IMG/VR virus record: IMGVR_UViG_3300044796_000394
Direction: 5' to 3' (one strand)
From: a virus
Lineage: Duplodnaviria; Heunggongvirae; Uroviricota; Caudoviricetes
Length of the DNA: 64,000 bases
Positions 10,762 to 20,880 of the stretch are shown piece after piece. Position 1 is the first letter of the stretch, and each line of letters opens with the position of its first letter. A program made the translations under genes and the position numbers. The notes under the pieces were generated by a model. That model searched no databases, was not told where the DNA came from, and saw only the letters and a program-made list of their open reading frames with translations.

Positions 10762-10991
10762 TGGAAAGTTTCAAAAATTGGATGGAAGGTGAATACGGCA
10801 CTTCGGCTTATGGGTTTGTTGGGGCTTGGGCCTCTTCTTCTGGGAACTCTAACCCACAAGGGGCGAATGACGAAACATTTGCCAAGCAGGGTGTTAAATC
10901 AAACTACACAGCAGTGGATATGCAAAAAAAATTGCCGCCGAAAAATCGGCGGCAACCATTAGGCAACATTAGTGCCCGAATTGGCGTTTGA
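10758..10991 (+). CDS. Small hypothetical protein with a capsid-targeting-like N-terminus
   Basis: MESFKNWMEGE; coupled to the upstream stop. Confidence 0.55.
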   Translation: MMESFKNWMEGEYGTSAYGFVGAWASSSGNSNPQGANDETFAKQGVKSNYTAVDMQKKLPPKNRRQPLGNISARIGV

Positions 10992-11217
10992 TAGCATCTT
11001 GCTGTAGCCTTTGAATTCTGCGTCTTTCAGCAGAAGGATCTAAGGTTGGTCGTGGTAGCGAAAGATTGGAGTCATTCGGTGCCATGCTAAATGGTGGTTG
11101 AACAATTCCCGGTGGTGGCGCAACAAATGGCCTACGAGGGGCTTGTAAATTCGCTCTAGCCCGTTGTTGTTGTTGGCGAAAATTGTTGTTCCCGCCGCTT
11201 CGACAGCTACATCCCAT
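10969..11217 (-). CDS. Small hypothetical protein (MGCSC..., Gln/Pro/Arg-rich)
   Basis: Strong GGAGG RBS upstream; 82 aa. Confidence 0.65.
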   Translation of the reverse strand: MGCSCRSGGNNNFRQQQQRARANLQAPRRPFVAPPPGIVQPPFSMAPNDSNLSLPRPTLDPSAERRRIQRLQQDAIKRQFGH

Positions 11218-11238
11218 AAATAATACCTCCTGTATTAT

Positions 11239-12330
11239 TTAGTAGCAACTCGTTATCTTCGCTTTTGCTTTACTTGCTTCCATCAAATGGGATGATACAA
11301 ATCTCTTTAACACATCGCTAGGGATTGCTTTATTCAGATTGTTGTCATGTGGAATGCCACAACCATACAGAGTAGGACATAGAACTTTTTGCCCGACAGG
11401 TCGCTTGCGATGATGAAGGAAATCAATAATCGCTTCCTTAAACTTGTCAAAAAAGGCAGCGGGCGATGAGTCTTTCACGTTATCGTAAAGCCCAAACGCT
11501 GCGATTTGTTGTACAACGGTATCCAGAACGAATTCTACCGGTACTCGCCGCTTTCCTGTCCCAACACGACTGAAATCAATGAACCATGAGTAGGTATCGG
11601 GGTCGTAGTGGAATAAGGGGTTCTGTTGTCCAAGTTTGACATGTAAATCAATGTACCCTTGCAGGTCAACTAAATGCATGTGTCCCTTGGCCAAATAGAA
11701 GCAATGATAGTAATACCCAATCAAACTGCGGTAAGTTAATATCAAAGTATTCCGCTGACGGCGGGGACGATACAATTCGTTTCTCAGACAATTCGTGCAG
11801 AAGATTTGACCAACCGGAACCACACTCTTATTGAAGGCGGTAATGGACTTGGACAAAATCGTATTCTTTTCACAGCAATTACAAACGCAAGCAACACGGG
11901 TACCAATGGCCAAATCATCATCCCCCGAAAAATTAGTGATTGTCACTTTCTTGATTTCGGGCTTGGTGGCATTCGGCATTCCTACAACTGCCGGAGGCGT
12001 TGTGGGATAAGAACGTGTTCTTGAACTAACACTAGATGTTGTTGAAGTTGTTGAAACATCAAAATTGGGCATCCCCGGATCAATTAACTTTATCGTCTCT
12101 TTGGCAGCATCGGAGAAAGCTTTATTACTTCCTTTCACCAAATCATGCAGGTGCATTAAGATGCCCCACGCTGCCCGTCCCACTTTGCCACATGCTTTTA
12201 TGCAAGTGATGCGATAGGACTCAGTGTATTGAGGATTGGCAATGTCTTCATACAACTCTGAAAGAGTCATATCGCCCTCAACATCGGGGCATACGACATT
12301 AGTGCCATTCGCAAGTAGTACTTGTCCCAT
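11239..12330 (-). CDS. Hypothetical protein with a Cys-rich, possibly Zn-binding region
   Basis: 363 aa; CVCNCC and FCTNC motifs. Confidence 0.65.
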   Translation of the reverse strand: MGQVLLANGTNVVCPDVEGDMTLSELYEDIANPQYTESYRITCIKACGKVGRAAWGILMHLHDLVKGSNKAFSDAAKETIKLIDPGMPNFDVSTTSTTSSVSSRTRSYPTTPPAVVGMPNATKPEIKKVTITNFSGDDDLAIGTRVACVCNCCEKNTILSKSITAFNKSVVPVGQIFCTNCLRNELYRPRRQRNTLILTYRSLIGYYYHCFYLAKGHMHLVDLQGYIDLHVKLGQQNPLFHYDPDTYSWFIDFSRVGTGKRRVPVEFVLDTVVQQIAAFGLYDNVKDSSPAAFFDKFKEAIIDFLHHRKRPVGQKVLCPTLYGCGIPHDNNLNKAIPSDVLKRFVSSHLMEASKAKAKITSCY

Positions 12331-12427
12331 AGGATTGTAACCCGTTCATTAAATCAATGCAGGGAATTTTTGTCGGATACTCATATATAACTCAAGCGAT
12401 AGTGATTATCTATAGGAGTTTAATACA

Positions 12428-12637
12428 ATGAGAGACTTTCACGACTGGATGAAAGATAACGGCAAGAAGATTGAAATCAGTGAAGGTAGTGCGAAACGTG
12501 CTGGTGTACGAGCACATGCTTATCCTCCTGCTTACAATCGGGCACAATACGCAGGTGTCAAAAATGACAACCCTGCCGCTTTGACGCCAACGGCTGCTGA
12601 TGCTGCCTATTACTTGACCAATAAAGACGCCGACTAA
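12428..12637 (+). CDS. Small hypothetical protein with a capsid-targeting-like N-terminus
   Basis: MRDFHDWMK...ISE; AGGAG RBS. Confidence 0.6.
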   Translation: MRDFHDWMKDNGKKIEISEGSAKRAGVRAHAYPPAYNRAQYAGVKNDNPAALTPTAADAAYYLTNKDAD

Positions 12638-12656
12638 ATTTTAGTAAGTTAAACTA

Positions 12657-12687
12657 AGCCCCCGGTTTTTCCGGGGGTTTTCGTTTT
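12657..12687. terminator. Intrinsic terminator between convergent genes
   Basis: CCCCCGG-TTTTT-CCGGGGG hairpin followed by T-rich sequence. Confidence 0.7.
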
Positions 12688-13421
12688 TACACAAGTTCGT
12701 GAAACCAAGTTCTCACAAACTTAAACTTTTTCACGGCCCATCCAGCTTTTGTCAAATCAAATTTTTCATCTGGCTTGCAAACGTATTCTTCATTTTGCTC
12801 GGCGTAACCCAACTGCCATACGTGATCTTCGGGCATTTCAATTACAACACTTTCCTTGAAATACTCCAATGCCACTTTCATCGGCAAATTCTCAATCGCC
12901 TCACGCCACATTTGAGGCTTGGAAACAAAGAAAATTTGATTGAGTGTCCTGCGTTCATCAATAACGTAAATTGGAACTTGGCTTTGCATTAAGTATAGAA
13001 CCGCTTCGGACTTTCCTGAGTCTTCTTCTGCGATTGCTACACTGATGGGTTTAGAGCAATAGTTAATGGGCGTTGAATAATCAAAACCTGCCGTGTATTC
13101 CTTACTGACTGCCATATTGTAGATGGTTTCAGTAATATTTTGACCGCTGAATTTTGGGTGTGGAAATGCCAAATCTCCCTTAAAACAGACAGATACTTTT
13201 TTTGAAACATCTACGCCGTGCTCTACAAAACCAGAATGTGGCGGTTGATCATTTTCAGTTGCCGACTGTCTTAATTTCGTCAGGATTTGTTCACTCACTG
13301 CTGGATTACGACTTTGACCGACACAACCAGAAAAACCCGCATTCAAACTCACATACTTCATACTGTGCACCTTAAAGCAAAAAAGAGGCCGTTTGGCCCC
13401 TTTATTACTACGAGATGTCAT
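12687..13421 (-). CDS. Hypothetical protein (true start may be MKYVSL near 13361)
   Basis: Long ORF in line with the upstream minus-strand gene. Confidence 0.55.
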   Translation of the reverse strand: MTSRSNKGAKRPLFCFKVHSMKYVSLNAGFSGCVGQSRNPAVSEQILTKLRQSATENDQPPHSGFVEHGVDVSKKVSVCFKGDLAFPHPKFSGQNITETIYNMAVSKEYTAGFDYSTPINYCSKPISVAIAEEDSGKSEAVLYLMQSQVPIYVIDERRTLNQIFFVSKPQMWREAIENLPMKVALEYFKESVVIEMPEDHVWQLGYAEQNEEYVCKPDEKFDLTKAGWAVKKFKFVRTWFHELV

Positions 13422-13425
13422 TCAG

Positions 13426-14001
13426 TTAATCAAGGAGAAGTCGGACGCCTTCAAGCGGGTTCTCGTTCAATTTCTTTTTCTTCTTGTCTTTTGCGTCTTC
13501 TTCATTTAGTTTGTCGTTACGCATAACGAATTCAACTTGTCCCTCTGTAGTAATGAGTGGGGGTTGTTCAGTAATCAATTTTTCTTCCATAGCCTTTACC
13601 TCGCTCACGAGTAAGAGTTGACCGGTTTGAATCATTGGCAAATATTGGGCGTTACCGGTAAATTCACCACCCACAGGAATCGCCTTGCCATCATTAAGGT
13701 ATAGATTGTCTAAAGTGCGATTCTTGAAAACGAAAGTTTGTTCTGTTAGTACTGTTCCATCGTTCTCAGCCAACTTCTTAACAAGGCGAAGTTCCCCGGA
13801 CTGAACTAACTGCATGTAATAATCATCACCAACGAATTGTCCCTTGTGAGGAATATTTCGTACGTTTGAAGCGGTTGGGCGTGGCAATTGATATGAGCCA
13901 GCGGTATTGTTTTGGAATAAGAAACTTCCGGCACCGCTCATGTCGTGATCACGTTTAGCTAATTGTTGAGCTTTGCGAAGTTGCTTTCGTGGGTTCATCA
14001 T
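13426..14001 (-). CDS. Hypothetical protein with an internal duplicated domain
   Basis: FLFQNNT...GQFVGDDYYMQLVQSGELRLV is repeated as FVFKNRT...GEFTGNAQYLPMIQTGQLLLV; LTE/ITE/LNE sites. Confidence 0.65.
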   Translation of the reverse strand: MMNPRKQLRKAQQLAKRDHDMSGAGSFLFQNNTAGSYQLPRPTASNVRNIPHKGQFVGDDYYMQLVQSGELRLVKKLAENDGTVLTEQTFVFKNRTLDNLYLNDGKAIPVGGEFTGNAQYLPMIQTGQLLLVSEVKAMEEKLITEQPPLITTEGQVEFVMRNDKLNEEDAKDKKKKKLNENPLEGVRLLLD

Positions 14002-14077
14002 TCTTTTGGTCTTCTTTCTTGCGTAATATACCTTAATATATAGTTCCTAAACCATTTTTTCAGGAGAGCAGACCACT

Positions 14078-14629
14078 ATGTCGAAAACAACTACCGAACC
14101 GGCCAAATGGCACAAGATTTACCGAGACAATGAAGACAAGTGCTTCTTTGTCGGAAAAGACGGAAAATCCGGCCTTGCCCGCTCCGAGTACGATTGGCGA
14201 ACCACCGATTCACTTTCACGGGAATCTGGGTTAACCAAGCGGGAATGTGAAGAAATCCTCGATTTCTACGCCAAGAAGGGTGTCGTCATCCAACATTCAG
14301 GCGGCGAAAAGTGGGGTTATTGGGAACGAGTCGGTGTACCGAAGTCGGAAACCGATCCGATTGCCAAGGATCACCAAGATCGCACCGACCGTCAAGTTGC
14401 GGTTAACGGTGGCGCCAAGAAACCCACCCTTCCCGGTGGAACCAGCGTTATCGCCGCACCGGCACCCGCCCCCGGAACAGCTCCTGCTCCTGCTCCCGGT
14501 ACTGGTACCACCGGTGCTCCCAAGGCTCCCGCCAAGAAACCCGTAACTGGAACCAGTGGTGGCAATGCGGGAATTGGTGCCCCCATTTCTGCGAAACCCG
14601 CCGTCAAAAAGCCAGTAGCGACTCCTTAA
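14078..14629 (+). CDS. Hypothetical protein with a possible N-terminal winged helix and Pro/Ala/Gly-rich tail
   Basis: AGGAG RBS; WRTTDSLSRESGLTKRECEEIL; APAPAPGT repeats. Confidence 0.65.
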   Translation: MSKTTTEPAKWHKIYRDNEDKCFFVGKDGKSGLARSEYDWRTTDSLSRESGLTKRECEEILDFYAKKGVVIQHSGGEKWGYWERVGVPKSETDPIAKDHQDRTDRQVAVNGGAKKPTLPGGTSVIAAPAPAPGTAPAPAPGTGTTGAPKAPAKKPVTGTSGGNAGIGAPISAKPAVKKPVATP

Positions 14630-14671
14630 TGTTTAATGTTCACAACAGTTATACCAATACTATGTTGAGGT

Positions 14672-16084
14672 ATGACTGTTGTAGACAAAGACATTCCATC
14701 GAATCGCAAATTGCTTGGCCAATTCCTCACGCCCCTCGACGTAGCTCAATTCTGCGTAGATCGTATCGACACCGATGCTGATCTAATCGTAGAACCGAGT
14801 TGCGGCGAGGGTGTGTTTTTGGATCTGCTAAGAAAAAAATTCCCCGAAGCACATATCATTGGCAACGAATTAGATCCCGATCTTATGGCCAATTATCAGG
14901 GCGAAGAGCATATCTTAAATCAAAATTTTTACGATATGAAATCTTTGCCACCTGCACGCAAGGTAGCATTCGTCGGAAATCCACCGTACAGAAGTCCGGC
15001 ACTATCACTCAAAACTCACAACGCATATATGAATATGTTGCGAAATGAGGCCAATATTGGCGGTGTACGTGAAGAAGCTGTGCTGTTCATCCTTCACACA
15101 TTCTATCTGGCCGAGTCTCTTGGATACGACTGTGAAGCACATTACATTTTGCCTCGTGCCATCTTTCAGAACAACTCAAAAGTATTCACAAAGTTCGCAA
15201 ACTTATTGAATGAAAAATTTGGTGTAAGAGCCGTCTACGATCTTGGGAAAACATTCGACTCCGTATCTCGCAATCTGGTTTTTGTTTCAATGACAAAAGG
15301 CCCGAAATCTAAAACCATCAACGTCAATGATGAACCCAGAGAAGATTGGCTAGGTGCCGGAGCCGACATCATACCCTTCCAAAAGATTTTCAAAAAAACG
15401 TATCTCGGTTCCGTTCCATGTGAAAGCATTTTTCTGTCTTGCGCCAATGAATCCAAAGAAGAATTTAAAAATAGACTCGCCCATTTATTTAATACAGAAG
15501 TCAATACCAATAATATCGTAGACCTTTTATCGTACAAGGGCGAACCACATCTAAGGGCACTCAAAAAAAGAAGCGTAGAAAAAGTTAACGTGGTGCTGGA
15601 TTACATCAAAGAAGCCAAGAAACTTGTTGCTCTTGAAGATTTTAGCAATTCGGTGTATTATCAACCGATAAGACACAGACATGAAAACCGCTGGTATTTC
15701 AGGCATAATGCTCTCAAGAAAGCGTCATTCGTTTATCAAATAAACTCAAATCCCTGTCCATCGTTTTCTTTCCCCGGAAATCCTAGTAGTTCTTCCAAGG
15801 ATTACTTTGTTTATTGCGATTACGACATTAACAGAAATAGCGGGCCAGGCGCACAACGTCTTGTACCAATAGAAAATGTAGAAAACAACTTGACTGATTG
15901 GTTCAAAGATTACTGGCAATCCAATACAAAATTGGCCTTGAATTTAGTGATAGATTATTTACAATGGGTAGGTGAGTCGGAGTGGTACAAGACCACCAAG
16001 AAAATGAATGAGCGGTTTTACTTCGGAATCCCCGTTAATTTTTTGAAAGAATTCCATGCCCAGAAAAGTACTCGTAGTGGGTGA
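14672..16084 (+). CDS. N6-adenine DNA methyltransferase (gamma class, Eco57I/TaqI-like)
   Basis: Motifs GQFLTP, EPSCGEGVF and GNPPY. Confidence 0.88.
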   Translation: MTVVDKDIPSNRKLLGQFLTPLDVAQFCVDRIDTDADLIVEPSCGEGVFLDLLRKKFPEAHIIGNELDPDLMANYQGEEHILNQNFYDMKSLPPARKVAFVGNPPYRSPALSLKTHNAYMNMLRNEANIGGVREEAVLFILHTFYLAESLGYDCEAHYILPRAIFQNNSKVFTKFANLLNEKFGVRAVYDLGKTFDSVSRNLVFVSMTKGPKSKTINVNDEPREDWLGAGADIIPFQKIFKKTYLGSVPCESIFLSCANESKEEFKNRLAHLFNTEVNTNNIVDLLSYKGEPHLRALKKRSVEKVNVVLDYIKEAKKLVALEDFSNSVYYQPIRHRHENRWYFRHNALKKASFVYQINSNPCPSFSFPGNPSSSSKDYFVYCDYDINRNSGPGAQRLVPIENVENNLTDWFKDYWQSNTKLALNLVIDYLQWVGESEWYKTTKKMNERFYFGIPVNFLKEFHAQKSTRSG

Positions 16085-16694
16085 ACAAGAGAACCAGAGT
16101 TACTACGAGCCGTTTTCCGATTTCGGGGAAGCGGCGTATGATTGTGAAATCCTCTGGACAAATCCTCACTCTATCGCTTTGGTTGTATTTACAGGCGGTG
16201 CTGACGTAAGTCCATCACTGTATGATGAAGAAGCAAATATCGGAACATTCACATCGCCACGGCGTGACATCTTCGAAATGATCGCCTTCACCAAAGCACG
16301 TTCGTATAGCCTGCGAATGGCGGGAATTTGCCGTGGGGCACAATTCTTAAATGTGATGGCAGGCGGGAAGATGATCCAGCACGTTGACAGCCACGGCAAC
16401 TACCACTCAATGACGACCATTGACGGCGAAGAAATGGAAGTCAGCAGCACTCACCACCAAATGATTATCCCACCAAAGCAAGATGCCCTTTTAGTGGGTT
16501 GGTCTTCGGTACGGCGCAGCGGTGTTTACTTGGGTGCCAAAGGCCCAACTGACGTTCCCGAAAAGGAAACCGAAGTTATCTACTTGCCAAAAATCAATGC
16601 GGTCGGGATGCAATATCACCCCGAAAGCATGAGCGTCCACAGCAAGGGTTTCCAATACGCTGCAACGCTAGTCAAGAAGTACCTGTATGATTAA
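16056..16694 (+). CDS. Class I glutamine amidotransferase / peptidase C26 (gamma-glutamyl hydrolase-like)
   Basis: Motifs FTGGADVSP, GICRGAQ, STHHQ and QYHPE. Confidence 0.9.
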   Translation: MPRKVLVVGEQENQSYYEPFSDFGEAAYDCEILWTNPHSIALVVFTGGADVSPSLYDEEANIGTFTSPRRDIFEMIAFTKARSYSLRMAGICRGAQFLNVMAGGKMIQHVDSHGNYHSMTTIDGEEMEVSSTHHQMIIPPKQDALLVGWSSVRRSGVYLGAKGPTDVPEKETEVIYLPKINAVGMQYHPESMSVHSKGFQYAATLVKKYLYD

Positions 16695-16758
16695 TCTTGA
16701 CAAAATGCCGTGTTCATGATATGCTCTGTGAGTGTTTTTACACCATTGGAGAAAAATC

Positions 16759-16899
16759 ATGGCTTCGTTCGGTGACGGTATCAAGTTCGATGCTGGCAAG
16801 GCATCCAATTTGGGATGTTTAGGCTGTTCCGTTATCATCATCTTGGGAATGATGGTGGTCGGACTTACGGGAACTGTCATCTACCTGTTGTGTCGTTAA
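16759..16899 (+). CDS. Small membrane protein (46 aa; not in the ORF track)
   Basis: GGAG RBS; MASFGDGIKFDAGKASNLGCLGCSVIIILGMMVVGLTGTVIYLLCR; TTGACA about 60 nt upstream. Confidence 0.55.
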   Translation: MASFGDGIKFDAGKASNLGCLGCSVIIILGMMVVGLTGTVIYLLCR

Positions 16900-16900
16900 C

Positions 16901-16929
16901 AAAAAAAGCCCGGCAATGCCGGGCTTTTT
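16901..16929. terminator. Bidirectional intrinsic terminator
   Basis: Same GCCCGGC-AAT-GCCGGGC hairpin as at 3114-3142, with A and T tracts. Confidence 0.88.
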
Positions 16930-16932
16930 CGT

Positions 16933-18975
16933 TTAATGTCCAAATCCAAATTTCTTTGGAATCCATTTATTGGTTTTCTTATCATAAGCCCATATGTGTA
17001 ATGGTGGGGCTTTTTCAGTAGGCATCGGTGCCCGCTTAACTTTCTTCGGCTTTTCAGCAGCAGGTTCAGGGTCATCACCGAACAAATTCGTACTCTTAAG
17101 ACTTGCAGGACGCAAAGGCTCTTCCTTGGGTTTAGGTTCGGCCTTCGGCTCTTTGATTTTCTTTGGAGCCGGTGGGGTATGCGCTGCCGTCTGCGTCATA
17201 ACATCAATTGCCTTCTTTGGCACATCCTTCTTGATTTCAGTTGCACCAGAATTACTCTTACGCTTCTCAATAATGCTTTGAGCCATGTGCTGTAGTGCGA
17301 TAGGCATACCCTTGCTTCTGATCTTATCTGGGTTCATTTCACCCAATTTGATAAGCATCTTGCCCAACATTTCAGCCGCCGCATCGAGCTTGGTATCACT
17401 GTACCCAAACTCTTTATCAGCACGCAAATTGGTAACAAGCCAAGACTTGTAAGTTTTCACCATTTCCGGCGTAACGTGAACGTCCGCTGCTTCCGCTTCG
17501 GTTGGAATCTTGAAATCCCGTAACTCTTTTTCAGCATCATCACGATTATCGTCATCACGTTTGTGATCCCGACCAGCCATCGCCGACATATCTGTATCAT
17601 TATTTTTAGAATGTTTGAGATAAGTGCTGATTTCTTGTGTTGCTACCTGTCGTGCTTTGTTAATCCGAAAATCTTGATCGGCATATTCGGCACTACCAAC
17701 AACAGCATCACTGCTTAAGGAGTCCATAGCCGCTTGTTCCAATTGATCCAAGCTATCGCCCAATGGCTGATTGGTTTGGCCTTGCATAAATCTCAAAGCG
17801 ATTTTGGCACCGGCGTTGGCATCGTGTTGAAGGATCGACATCCAATCCATCGAAGGGTCCATATTCTTCTTGAAACGAGAACTCGCCTTATTGAGTGATG
17901 GTACATTTTCAGGATCGCTAAGGTGTTTGTTTTGACCATCAATCCACTTCTGGATTAAATCAAACTTATGACCAGCAACCTTCTTCGCCGTATCCACAGT
18001 ACTACCAGCCTTGAACCCCGGATGATAAGTACCACGTTCCATCCAACGCATCGCTGAGACACGGGGTAATGGGTTGTCGTAGAAGTTAACACCCTTGTCT
18101 TTCAAATCTTCAAGTCTTTGTTTCAATGCTTCAATGTGAACGGGAATCGGAATTGTTCGGCCTCCACCAACCTCCCAATCCATCACTTCACCAGCCTTAT
18201 GACCCTTAGAAGGCATCATAGCCTTGGGATCATTAACCAAGTGACCGCTATACCGTCTCATGAAAGCAGGAACCAAAACCCTCTTCAATTCATCAGGCGA
18301 TAATTGGCTTTTGAAAGCTTGAATAAATTCGTGATCGTTCTCATCGAGATAAATTGGTTCTTTGACCTTAACACCGCCACGGTGATCTTCGGCATTACTT
18401 GATCCAAAACCGCCAACGTGAGTTACGAATGGTTTCCGTCCACCAGATGTAGCTGTAAGGTTCGGCTTGTAATCCTTCAAAGCATAAGCCTGTGAAAGTT
18501 CAGGAACCTTATCACTGTCGTGGAAATAGGAATTGCCCAACCACTCTTTGGCAGTACGAGTGGAAGAATCACGAGTCAAGTTAATCTTGGCAGGATCATA
18601 TCCCAAATCTTCAAGCTTCTGTAAAAGTTGCTTAGAGTGCGTATCAACCTCTAAATCAAAGCGGATTGGAATAAAATCTTTTTTGCCTTTGGTTTTTTCA
18701 AATTGCGTTTGAATGGAAATGTTTCTTTTGGATGGATCTGGTTTTTGAAGAACCTTCTCACTGTACCGATAAGCAACGGCTTTCGCCAATACCACGCCCA
18801 ATAAACGCCGCATTTCTTCGCCGCTATATTTGTCACCGTAATTTTGTGTTACGTAATCGGCAATCGGTTTTAGGTAAGCAGTATCCGCATCATCGAAGTA
18901 AATTTCCTTGCCGAATGGAACGGCGGGCATTTCGACGAGCAGTCTGTGCTCAAAATATTTTTTGAAATTCATCAT
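16933..18975 (-). CDS. Large hypothetical protein, putative internal head protein
   Basis: N-terminus MMNFKKYFEHRLLVE; repeated IYFDDAD/IYLDEND domain. Confidence 0.6.
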   Translation of the reverse strand: MMNFKKYFEHRLLVEMPAVPFGKEIYFDDADTAYLKPIADYVTQNYGDKYSGEEMRRLLGVVLAKAVAYRYSEKVLQKPDPSKRNISIQTQFEKTKGKKDFIPIRFDLEVDTHSKQLLQKLEDLGYDPAKINLTRDSSTRTAKEWLGNSYFHDSDKVPELSQAYALKDYKPNLTATSGGRKPFVTHVGGFGSSNAEDHRGGVKVKEPIYLDENDHEFIQAFKSQLSPDELKRVLVPAFMRRYSGHLVNDPKAMMPSKGHKAGEVMDWEVGGGRTIPIPVHIEALKQRLEDLKDKGVNFYDNPLPRVSAMRWMERGTYHPGFKAGSTVDTAKKVAGHKFDLIQKWIDGQNKHLSDPENVPSLNKASSRFKKNMDPSMDWMSILQHDANAGAKIALRFMQGQTNQPLGDSLDQLEQAAMDSLSSDAVVGSAEYADQDFRINKARQVATQEISTYLKHSKNNDTDMSAMAGRDHKRDDDNRDDAEKELRDFKIPTEAEAADVHVTPEMVKTYKSWLVTNLRADKEFGYSDTKLDAAAEMLGKMLIKLGEMNPDKIRSKGMPIALQHMAQSIIEKRKSNSGATEIKKDVPKKAIDVMTQTAAHTPPAPKKIKEPKAEPKPKEEPLRPASLKSTNLFGDDPEPAAEKPKKVKRAPMPTEKAPPLHIWAYDKKTNKWIPKKFGFGH

Positions 18976-19002
18976 GGCCTCTCTCATTATATATTATCTA
19001 TC

Positions 19003-19920
19003 ATGGATTTCATGGGTTCTAAAAAAAGACTTGTTGCCGAAATCGAAAAGTACGTCATCGGAACAACTGTTTTGGATGCTTGTTGCGGTTCCGGCGCTGT
19101 ATCGCAACATCTCGCCAAGTTGGGCAAACACGTAATTGCCTCTGATTTATTACATTTTCCCGGTACCATTGTCAGAGGCTCCATAGGGTTAACCGACTCA
19201 CAAAAAAAATCTGCCGACCAATTTATTGAGTACGCAAATACCCTCAAAGGTAAACAGGGATTTTTCTACAACAACTACAGCAACGAAAGAACTTACTTCC
19301 TTCCCCACAATGCAGCCTTCTTAGATCATATCCGTGAAGAAATCGAAAACGTATCCGACTCCAAACTTAAGGATTATCTATTGTATTGCGGCTTAGAAGC
19401 AATGAGTCGTGTACAAAATGTTTGCGGCATGCAAGCGTGCTTCCTCAAACACTTCAAACGAACAGCGAAATTAACTATATTTTTACGGGAAGAACCGATC
19501 TATTCAGGACAAGCCGAGTTCATCAGACAAAACGCTATACAAACCGTACAAGAAAGAAAATTTGATACTGTTTACATAGACCCGCCGTATACCGAAAGAC
19601 AATACGGAAAGACCTATCATCTGTACGAAACTTTTATACGGAATGATAACCCTGAAATCTTCGGCAAAACAGGACAACGAAAAACTCTTGAAGAACCGAG
19701 TGAATTCTGTCAGATTTACAAATACGAACAAGCCTTTGTTAACTTCGTTGCCAATTGTTCGGGACGGGTGATTATCAGCTATAACTCCGAAGGAAACATG
19801 AAGAAAGAAAGGTTCGTAGAGTTATTTTCGCCCAAAGTGATTGAAATGCCGCTTCCAAAGTACAATTCTCACGGTAAGTCAGGGATAGTTTCGGAATATC
19901 TTTTCGTGATTGATAAATAA
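19003..19920 (+). CDS. DNA adenine methyltransferase (D12/alpha class, FokI/NlaIII-like)
   Basis: Motifs FMGSKKRL, DACCGSGAVS, YIDPPY and ISYNSEG. Confidence 0.92.
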   Translation: MDFMGSKKRLVAEIEKYVIGTTVLDACCGSGAVSQHLAKLGKHVIASDLLHFPGTIVRGSIGLTDSQKKSADQFIEYANTLKGKQGFFYNNYSNERTYFLPHNAAFLDHIREEIENVSDSKLKDYLLYCGLEAMSRVQNVCGMQACFLKHFKRTAKLTIFLREEPIYSGQAEFIRQNAIQTVQERKFDTVYIDPPYTERQYGKTYHLYETFIRNDNPEIFGKTGQRKTLEEPSEFCQIYKYEQAFVNFVANCSGRVIISYNSEGNMKKERFVELFSPKVIEMPLPKYNSHGKSGIVSEYLFVIDK

Positions 19921-19923
19921 GAT

Positions 19924-20814
19924 ATGCCCAACTGCTTCGCAAATACCCTGCTCATTAGCCGCCCCACCCAAAACGGTCGTGGAACGTGCGGCCCATCATG
20001 TGGTGTCAACGGTGGAGGTGATTGTAACACCCCCGGCCTCAGCCCACGCCGCAAACGAGATGCCGTTATCGATGAACTTAAGGACTACGTCTTGCTTATG
20101 CTCGGCGGGCCTGTCATCGGCATAGAACTGGACGATCAGCAACTTGATATGGCCGTCAAGCAAACGCTCAAGATTATGGAATACTTTGCCCCACGGGAAT
20201 ATTTCACCTATTATACATTCAGTACAACCCCCGGCCAAAGTGTTTATGAGATGCCTCCCGATGTCGGATACGTCCGCCACGTGGCCTACCGTGAAACTAC
20301 CGAATACGGCTTTCAAGCAGAAGATTTAGGCGGTTCTATCCCCCTTGAGTACTTCTATCCGGGTGGTTCGGGAGGCGGCAGTGGTGGTCTTGGCGGATTC
20401 ATGAACCCAATTCAACCATTATGGGGCAGCGCCGGTGAATGGGTGTTGTACAAAAACTACGAAAGAATGTATACTCGTTTGAGTAGCTCGCTTGGCGGTT
20501 GGGAATGGGTTAACGGATATAGACACATTAAACTCTATCCAATTCCTTTCCGTCCAACCCGTGTTATTGTTCACTACATGCAGAAATGTAAGGATTGGGA
20601 AGACATCACTCTGGCGATGAATGAGGGTGCGTTGGCCCATGCGAAGATGATGCTTGGATTAATTCGTCGTAAATATACCAATCCGCCCGGCCCCGGTGGT
20701 GGCATTCAATTGGACGGCGCTCAAATGTACCAAGAAGGCAAAGAAGAATACGAAAAATGGAAAGAAGAATTGATTTACAAATGGGGTGACATCCTCCCCA
20801 TTTCTCTTGGATAG
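19924..20814 (+). CDS. Neck protein (T4 gp13-like)
   Basis: LKDYVLLMLGGPVIGIELDDQQLD and C-terminal KY..PGPGGGIQLDG motifs. Confidence 0.8.
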   Translation: MPNCFANTLLISRPTQNGRGTCGPSCGVNGGGDCNTPGLSPRRKRDAVIDELKDYVLLMLGGPVIGIELDDQQLDMAVKQTLKIMEYFAPREYFTYYTFSTTPGQSVYEMPPDVGYVRHVAYRETTEYGFQAEDLGGSIPLEYFYPGGSGGGSGGLGGFMNPIQPLWGSAGEWVLYKNYERMYTRLSSSLGGWEWVNGYRHIKLYPIPFRPTRVIVHYMQKCKDWEDITLAMNEGALAHAKMMLGLIRRKYTNPPGPGGGIQLDGAQMYQEGKEEYEKWKEELIYKWGDILPISLG

Positions 20815-20836
20815 TGCTGCCTGTAATCTTGGGTTG

Positions 20837-20878
20837 AAAAATCTCCTTATACACTATAATGGTTGTAAGGAGATTTTT
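20837..20878 (+). promoter_or_regulatory. RBS-sequestering hairpin with TATAAT in its loop, upstream of the HNH gene
   Basis: AAAAATCTCCTTATA pairs with TGTAAGGAGATTTTT, which covers the AAGGAG SD. Confidence 0.7.
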
Positions 20879-20880
20879 TT

